DNA from: Octopus vulgaris | Lineage: Eukaryota | Direction of reading: 5' to 3' | DNA: 64,000 nt | NCBI GenBank assembly: GCA_951406725.2 | Contig: OX597839.1 | Span: 19,530,001-19,594,000 of the forward strand | Shown: in pieces, positions 56,847-64,000 of the stretch | Layout: every line of letters begins with the position of its first letter | Position numbering within the stretch: position 1 is the stretch's first letter | Program-made: the position numbers and the translations under genes | Notes under the pieces: generated by a model | Told to the model about the DNA's origin: nothing | Database searches by the model: none | Seen by the model: the letters and a program-made list of their open reading frames with translations, nothing else

Positions 56847-57260
56847 AGGCAAGCTGGCAGAAACGTTAGCACGCCGGGCGAAATGCGTAGCCGTATTTCG
56901 TCTGCCGTTACGTTCTGAGTTCAAATTCCGCCGGGCTCAACTTTGCCTTTCATCCTTTCGGGGTCAACAAATTAAGTACCAGTTACGCACTGGGGTCGAT
57001 TTAATCGATTTAATCCGTTTGTCTGTCTTTGTTTGTCCTCTCTGTGTTTAGCCCCTTGTGGGTAGTAAAGAAATAGGTATTTCGTCTGCCGCTACGTTCT
57101 GAGTTCAAATTCCGCCGAGGTCGACTTTGCCTTTCATCTTTTCGTGATCGATAAATTCAGTACCAGTTACGCACTGGGGTCGATATAATCGACTTCATCC
57201 GTTTGTCTGTCCTGGTTCGTCCCGTCTGTGTGTAGCCCCTTGTAGGCAGTAAATAAATAA
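56847..57260 (+). mobile_element. SINE family A dimer
   Basis: Junction GAAATAGGTATTTCG at 57070. Confidence 0.9.
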
Positions 57261-57399
57261 GATTAGCCTTCCAATCAGAGGAATGTTCGGCTGTTTGCCA
57301 TTCAAGTGGAACAGACACCATTCGGAAGCTAAAACGATTCGAAGTGCACTGTGACTACTGATTTATTAGACGCACATTATATATATATATATATATATA

Positions 57400-57672
57400 T
57401 CACCGTGACCGACCAGGCCATTAGATGTTGTTACACATCGCTGGTCACAATGCGCTTTGCATTGTTTTAGCTTTCAAATGACGCCACCCCAGGCCAACAG
57501 AAGAAAGAGTGAGAGAAGAGTACAGCAGGGATCGCCACCACTTCCTGCCGGAGCCTCGTGGAGCTTTAGGTGTTTTCGCTCAATAAACACTCACAACGCC
57601 CGGTCTGGGAATCGAAACCGCGATCCTACGACCGCGAGTCCGCTGCCCTAACCACTAGGCCATTGCGCCTCC
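57400..57672 (-). mobile_element. SINE family C head and body with tail iii
   Basis: Head as in 63632-63760; tail as in 14640-14770. Confidence 0.8.
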
Positions 57673-57686
57673 CCACACACACACAA

Positions 57687-57718
<32 letters not shown>

Positions 57719-58162
57719 ACACACACATATATATATATATATAGTACTTTTATACATACATGTATGGGTGCTATTTATAAACTTTTCTTGTTTTGAATGT
57801 TAACGTAGAGCTGTAACGAAAGATAGTTTTTATAGCCCGCAGCCACGTCTCGTCTTGATTTTCTTGTCCCATTCAAACTATTTCAGTATATCCCTTCGTC
57901 ATATTCACATTTTTATTGCGTATTGTTGTATTGTTATCTATATTTATCCATAGATAAATATGTATGCATAAGTATATGCGTGTATAAACTCACGTCCACA
58001 CACATATATACATAATTATGCACATACGTGTATATATATGTACATATGTGTGTATATGCATGGGCATGTGTGTGTGGGCATAATATATATGAAGTCACTC
58101 GTTCTCTCTCCACCTGAATACAAATACAAACGCGTGTAAACTATATATATACAGACGCACAC

Positions 58163-58199
<37 letters not shown>

Positions 58200-58204
<5 letters not shown>

Positions 58205-59123
58205 GTTGGACAAATTTAATGGAAACACCTAGCATCATAGCATCATAATTTTGAAATATCTATAAAACCGTCAAAAGCTTGTTTACTTTTGTTTTTTAAT
58301 TTATTATTAATGTTGTTTAATGTGTTTTGCTTTAATTGCTCTTTCTTTTCAGATATCATCAGAAAAAGGTAATTAAAACTCATTAAAATGACAGATCTGT
58401 TGGACTTTCAAAGAGGTGAAATAGTTGGTGCACTTATGGCAGACGCTAGTGTAATGAAAACAACTGAAATGTTTGGTGTGTCAAGCAGTACTGTCTCGAA
58501 AGTAATGACAGCCTGTGAGAAAGAGGGAAAAACCTCCTCGTCGAAAGAAAACTCCGGAAGAAAAACAAAGCTTTCAGATAGGGAACATCGGACTCTTACG
58601 CGAATTGTTATAAGGAATCACAAAAGTACAGCTCCCAAAATTACTGCAGAGCTTAATGACCACCTCGAGAACCCATTTTCCACAAAACTATTCGCTGCAC
58701 AAAGCCGGATCTCATGAGGGGGCTGCAATCAGAAAACCACTACTTTCAAATGCAAACGTTGCAAAGCGTTTACAATGGAGTAAAAACTTACATAATTGAT
58801 CCCTAGAACATTGGAATAATGTTATTTTGTCGGAAGAGTCATCCTTTACCTTATTTCCGACCACCGGCTGAGTATACTTGTGGAGACAGCCAAAAGAAGC
58901 ATTTGACCCAGACTGCCTTCTTCCAACTTTTAAACATGGAGGAGGATCTGTGATGATCGGTAGGGCTATATCTATGAAATCTACCGGCTCAATGGTTTCC
59001 TTTCATAGCAGAATTAATAGTCAAGACTATTTAAGCATTTTATCTCATCAAATTCATCCTATCATTGCGGAACTTTTTCCGGAGGGAATCGCAATCTTTC
59101 AGGATGATAAAGCACCAATTCAT
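58200..59123 (+). mobile_element. Tc1-like transposon, 3'-truncated transposase pseudogene
   Basis: Left TIR AGGGGTTGGACAAATTTAATGGAAACACC. ORFs 58388-58717 (HTH, SGRK.KLS) and 58878-59189 (KHGGGSVM, IFQDDKAPIH), with VILSEES at the first D position. The sequence breaks off after the second D. Confidence 0.9.
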
Positions 59124-59360
59124 CAATTTCAAATAGAGCCCTATCTTCAGCTGAACAGGTATGGAATTTCAACAGACAAGATATATTAAAATAATTTTTT
59201 CTTAAATATTTTAAAAGAAGAAGCGGATGGAAAAAATTCAAGTTGTGGTTGAAATTCTGTTACTTATTTTGATTTTATTCAACCTACTTCGAGCTGTACG
59301 GACAATACCGGACTGCCTTGGTGCTTCAATTTAAGTAACTAATTCAACTGAATCTCTATT

Positions 59361-59419
<59 letters not shown>

Positions 59420-59520
59420 TAACAATTGAGGATAAAATCTTTAAAAGAAATTATCAGTAGTCAGCGTGAAAAACCTCGTAAGAGAAAAAATCCGTAAATT
59501 CTTCCTCTTTGAAAATATTC

Positions 59521-59786
59521 ATTTATATTATATTGAGGGTACTACTATTCGTAGATACCAACACGATAAGAGGGACCAATGCGGTCAAAACTACTAAAAA
59601 TAAACAAAATTTTATGCATATTCTGCATTAAATGCGAAATCACATGTGATATGTAACTGAATTCTTTTTTAAAATGATGTGTTTTGAAGTTTTGCATTCG
59701 GTAAAATTTTGTTTATTTTTAGTAGTTTTGATCGCATTGGTCCCTCTTAGCGTGTTGGTATCTACGAATAGATAGTACCTAATATA

Positions 59787-59794
<8 letters not shown>
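59521..59794. repeat. Foldback element, ~93-bp arms, ~87-bp spacer
   Basis: 59521-59614 and 59702-59794 are reverse complements with few differences. Confidence 0.9.
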
Positions 59795-59852
<58 letters not shown>

Positions 59853-59999
59853 ATGTACGTAGATATGAATGCATGCATAAATATATACATTCATTCATAT
59901 ATATATATATATATATATATAGAACAAAGAGGGAGAAAGAGGAAGCGAGAAAGAGAAAGAGCGAGAGTGATTGACAGACAGACAGACAGACCGACAGAC

Positions 60000-60078
<79 letters not shown>

Positions 60079-60184
60079 CAGACACCACACGTATATCTAT
60101 GTGCAGTGTGAGCATAAAAAAGACGGTCTCTCTCCAATGGCGTATTGGTAAAATCTGCAGGAAGGATTTTCCATCAGTTATTGG

Positions 60185-60249
<65 letters not shown>

Positions 60250-60430
60250 TGTTTCTTTATTGCCCACAAGGGGCTAAACATAGAGGGGACAAACAAGGAC
60301 AGACAAATGGATTAAGTCGATTACATCGACCTCAGTGCTTAACTGGTACTTAATTTATCGACCCCGAAAGGATGAAAGGCAAAGTCGACCTCGGCGGAAT
60401 TTGAACTCAGAACGCAACGACAGACGCAAA
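60250..60430 (-). mobile_element. SINE family A (5'-truncated) within (AAT)n
   Basis: (AAT)n at 60186-60248 and 60430-60450; tail CCCCTTGTGGGCAATAAAGAAA. Confidence 0.85.
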
Positions 60431-60449
60431 TAATAATAATAATAATAAT

Positions 60450-60540
60450 ATTTGGAACTGCATGCGTATTGAGTAAAGTACTGTTTGTCTGAGGTCCTTG
60501 TGACTTGACGAACAGAACAAACCCCCGGAAGATACAATAT
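60450..60540 (+). mobile_element. Possible extreme 3' end of an R4/Dong-type LINE
   Basis: IFGTACVLSKVLFV* resembles the GTA.ILRKVL terminus and lies next to (AAT)n. Confidence 0.45.
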
Positions 60541-60753
60541 CTTCCATCAACAACCTCACGATATTGGATACTACGCAACATCTATAACAATAACATCAAC
60601 AACAACAACAACAACAACAATATAACGATAATAACGATGATGCATGAGGATGTCGATGATGATGGTGATGGTGATGATGATGATGATGACGATGATGATG
60701 ATGATAGCAACGACGACAAAGCCGAGGCGCCGAGGTTACCGACGACGACACTA

Positions 60754-61139
60754 GTAGGAGCACTCCATCGGTTACGACGATGAGGGTCCCAGCTGATACG
60801 ATCAACGGAACAGCTTGCTCGTGGAATTAACGTGTAAGTGGCTGAGCACTCCACAGACACGTGTACCCTTAACGTAGTTCTCGAGGAGATTCAGCGTGAC
60901 GCAGAGAGTGACAGGGCTGGCCCTTTGAAATACAGGTACAACAGAAACAGGAAGAAAGAGTGAGAGAAAGTTGTGGTGAAAGAGTACAGCAGGGTTCGCC
61001 ACCATCCCCTGCAGAAGCCTCGTGAAGCTTTAGGTGTTTTCGCTCAATAAACACTCAAAATGCCCAGTTTGGGAATCGAAACCGCGATCCTACGACCGCG
61101 AGTCCGCTGCCCTAACCACTGGGCCATTGCGCCTCCACA
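60754..61139 (-). mobile_element. SINE family C, full length, with 13-bp TSD
   Basis: GACGACGACACTA at 60741-60753 and 61140-61152. Confidence 0.9.
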
Positions 61140-61971
61140 GACGACGACACTAATGACTACGATGCTGACGACATCGATGATGATGATGATGTTGTTGATC
61201 ACAATGATGATGATGATGATGATGAAGATGATGATGATGACAATGATGATGATGAAAATGAGAATGATGAAGATAGCGAGCTAAGAAGAAGAAATATGTC
61301 GGCTTAATATGTATAAAGTAGCGTGTTGTCTTTCTGGTTTTACCGTTTTTTTGTTTTTTTCTAAACTCTCAGCTCGATAAACCACAAAACACACGGACAT
61401 AAATACAGAAATCCGACAGAAAAACAGACATATACACGCAAGAACACACATCCTGATGTCATAAGAACGTACATGTGTGTGGGCCTCCAGATACATAGAT
61501 ACACACAGATATACATACATACATACATATATAAATATATATACATATATATATTCATATATACACATGCATATGTATAAATATATATACATACATATAT
61601 ATATATATATACACATATATGTATATATACATACATACATACATACATATATGTAAATATATATACATACATATATATAAATATATATACATATATATAT
61701 ACATACACACATACACATATATATATAAATATATATAAATACATACATATATATATATATACACATACATATATATAAATATATATACATACATATGTAT
61801 ACAGATACATATATATAAATATATATACACACATTTATATTTGTACATATACATATGTAGATATATATATATATGTGTGTGTGTGTATAAATGTTTATAT
61901 CTATGTATAGTTTATATATACATCTATACATAAATGTGTATTTAAGTATGCATGTATGAATAAAAATAAAT

Positions 61972-62049
<78 letters not shown>

Positions 62050-63034
62050 ATATGTACTATGTACGTATGTATATACATATGGATGTATGTAATATATGTA
62101 TGTGTTAGTGTATATATGTCATAGAAAGAGATGCGTGTCTTTTTCTTTTTCTTGAAGGTAAGTTGGTGTCAGAACAGTATCCATGTTGGAATAACATCGC
62201 CAAGAAGCAAAACGCGTAAAAAGGGGGTGAAAAAATAATTATTATTTCTGGTTTTTGATGGTTTCGAATGGTTTCTTGAAAAGGACAAAAAAATCTATTT
62301 ATATCTATAAAATTCAACAACGACAACAGCAAAACAGAATAAAAACCTATTAAACACATATCGTTTTTATTTATTTTTCCCCCTTCGAGAAATTTTAACC
62401 GGTGTTGTTATAGATTCATCGTAGTAAATTGAAATAGAAAATGGCGTTTGTTATTTCAACGTCATGGATCGTAGTTAAAGTTTGTATGGAGTTTAAATAT
62501 ACAGAATCTAATTGTAGCTAGCAGAGAAGCTAAATGGGAGAATGATGTACGGTTTCAGTCACAGGCCGCTCGATAGTTAGTTTATCGCCCTGAGTGATGT
62601 GTGATGATATCCTTTAAGTAGAAATGACGTGACATTGATGTAATAGAACAGGGTCGTTCTCTTCCCTTTTGCTTTATTTTTCTCTCTTTTCGTCGTCTTT
62701 TAAATGATTTTTCGTTTTAAGGATTTGCCACTCTGTGGTTTATTGTTTTGGTGGTTTGGTGGACGTGGGTGGTTAGGAGGGTGAAGAATAGGGATACTTT
62801 TGTTTGACAGGACAAACGTAACATTTATCACTTTTATAGCATGGGGGTGGGTAATGGTAAGGGTGTTATTGGCAGGCAGATATATGTGATGAGTGTATAT
62901 GTATGTATATATACATGTACATATACAAATAAATATGTGTGTATGAACATACGTATGTATGAATATTCGAACGTCATTAGACAATATATATAAAATATAT
63001 ATATACATACACATATATACACACACACACATAC

Positions 63035-63081
<47 letters not shown>

Positions 63082-63180
63082 AATACATATATAAACACAT
63101 ACATATACATATATTTATATACACATACATATATACATACATATATATATATATATACACAAACATATATACAGACATAC

Positions 63181-63241
<61 letters not shown>

Positions 63242-63631
63242 AGTACATATATATACACATACATACATATATAATTATATATACATACATATATACACAT
63301 ACATATATATTAGCGGTTCGGCAAAAGAGACCAATAGAATAAGTACTAGGCTTCCAAAGAACAAGTCCTGGGGTCGATTTGCTCGACTGAAGGCGGTGCT
63401 CCGGCGTGGCCACAGTCAAATGACTGACACAAGTAAGAGAGTAAAAGAGTATTGTTTTTTGTCGAATAAAATGTATCGAAATAAATAAAGCCGAAATAAT
63501 TATGCACCAACTCAATAATAATCTTCTTCAAATTACTTCAATACAGTAATAAACACTGCAGCCACTTCGTAAAGGACTCGTGGATGTCCTCTAAGTGGAG
63601 GTATCCAGGAGGCTTGTTACAGTTTCCTTTG

Positions 63632-64000
63632 TGGAGGCGCAATGGCCCAGTGGTTAGGGCAGTGGACTCGCGGTCGTAGGATCGCGGTTTCGATTCCCAG
63701 ACCGGGCATTGTGAGTGTTTATTGAGCGAAAACACCTAAAGCTTCACGAGGCTCCTGCAGGTAGGGGGAGGAGGTGAACCCTGCTGTACTCTTTCACCAC
63801 AACTTTCTCTCACTCTTTCTTCCTGTTTCTGTTGTACCTGTATTTCAAAGGGCCAGCCTTGTCACACTCTGCGTCACGCTGCATCTCCTCGAGAACTACG
63901 TTAAGGGTACACGTGTCTGTGGAGTGCTCAGAAACTTGCACGTTAATTCCACGAGCAAGCTGTTCCGTTGATCGTATCAGCTGGGATCCTCATCGTCGTA
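63632..64000 (+). mobile_element. SINE family C, runs off the window end
   Basis: Colinear reverse complement of 60754-61139. Confidence 0.9.

Noticed and set aside
63632-63705. Functional tRNA genes at SINE heads
   Set aside because: A and B boxes are present but the cloverleafs are broken and continue into SINE bodies.

Overview
This is AT-rich, repeat-saturated animal genomic DNA (intronic or intergenic) with no host protein-coding exon I can support. Nearly all listed ORFs are microsatellite or SINE read-throughs. The SINE set and the extreme (TA)n/(CA)n/(TAGA)n/(ATT)n load look like an octopus genome; this is inferred from recall, not from a search. The window holds four modular tRNA-derived SINE families (my labels A-D), a tRNA-Thr-headed mini-SINE, decayed mariner and Tc1 transposase copies, MITEs, and fragments of RTE, L1/Tx1 and R4/Dong-type LINEs. 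The most notable signals are: (1) several minimal type I hammerhead ribozyme motifs with palindromic stem III (Penelope/retrozyme type), mostly embedded in foldback inverted repeats, one of whose arms starts at the predicted cleavage site; (2) SINE A forming 184-bp head-to-tail concatemers with one fixed junction at independent loci; (3) a SINE A tail that matches the 3' end of the L1/Tx1 LINE in the same window.
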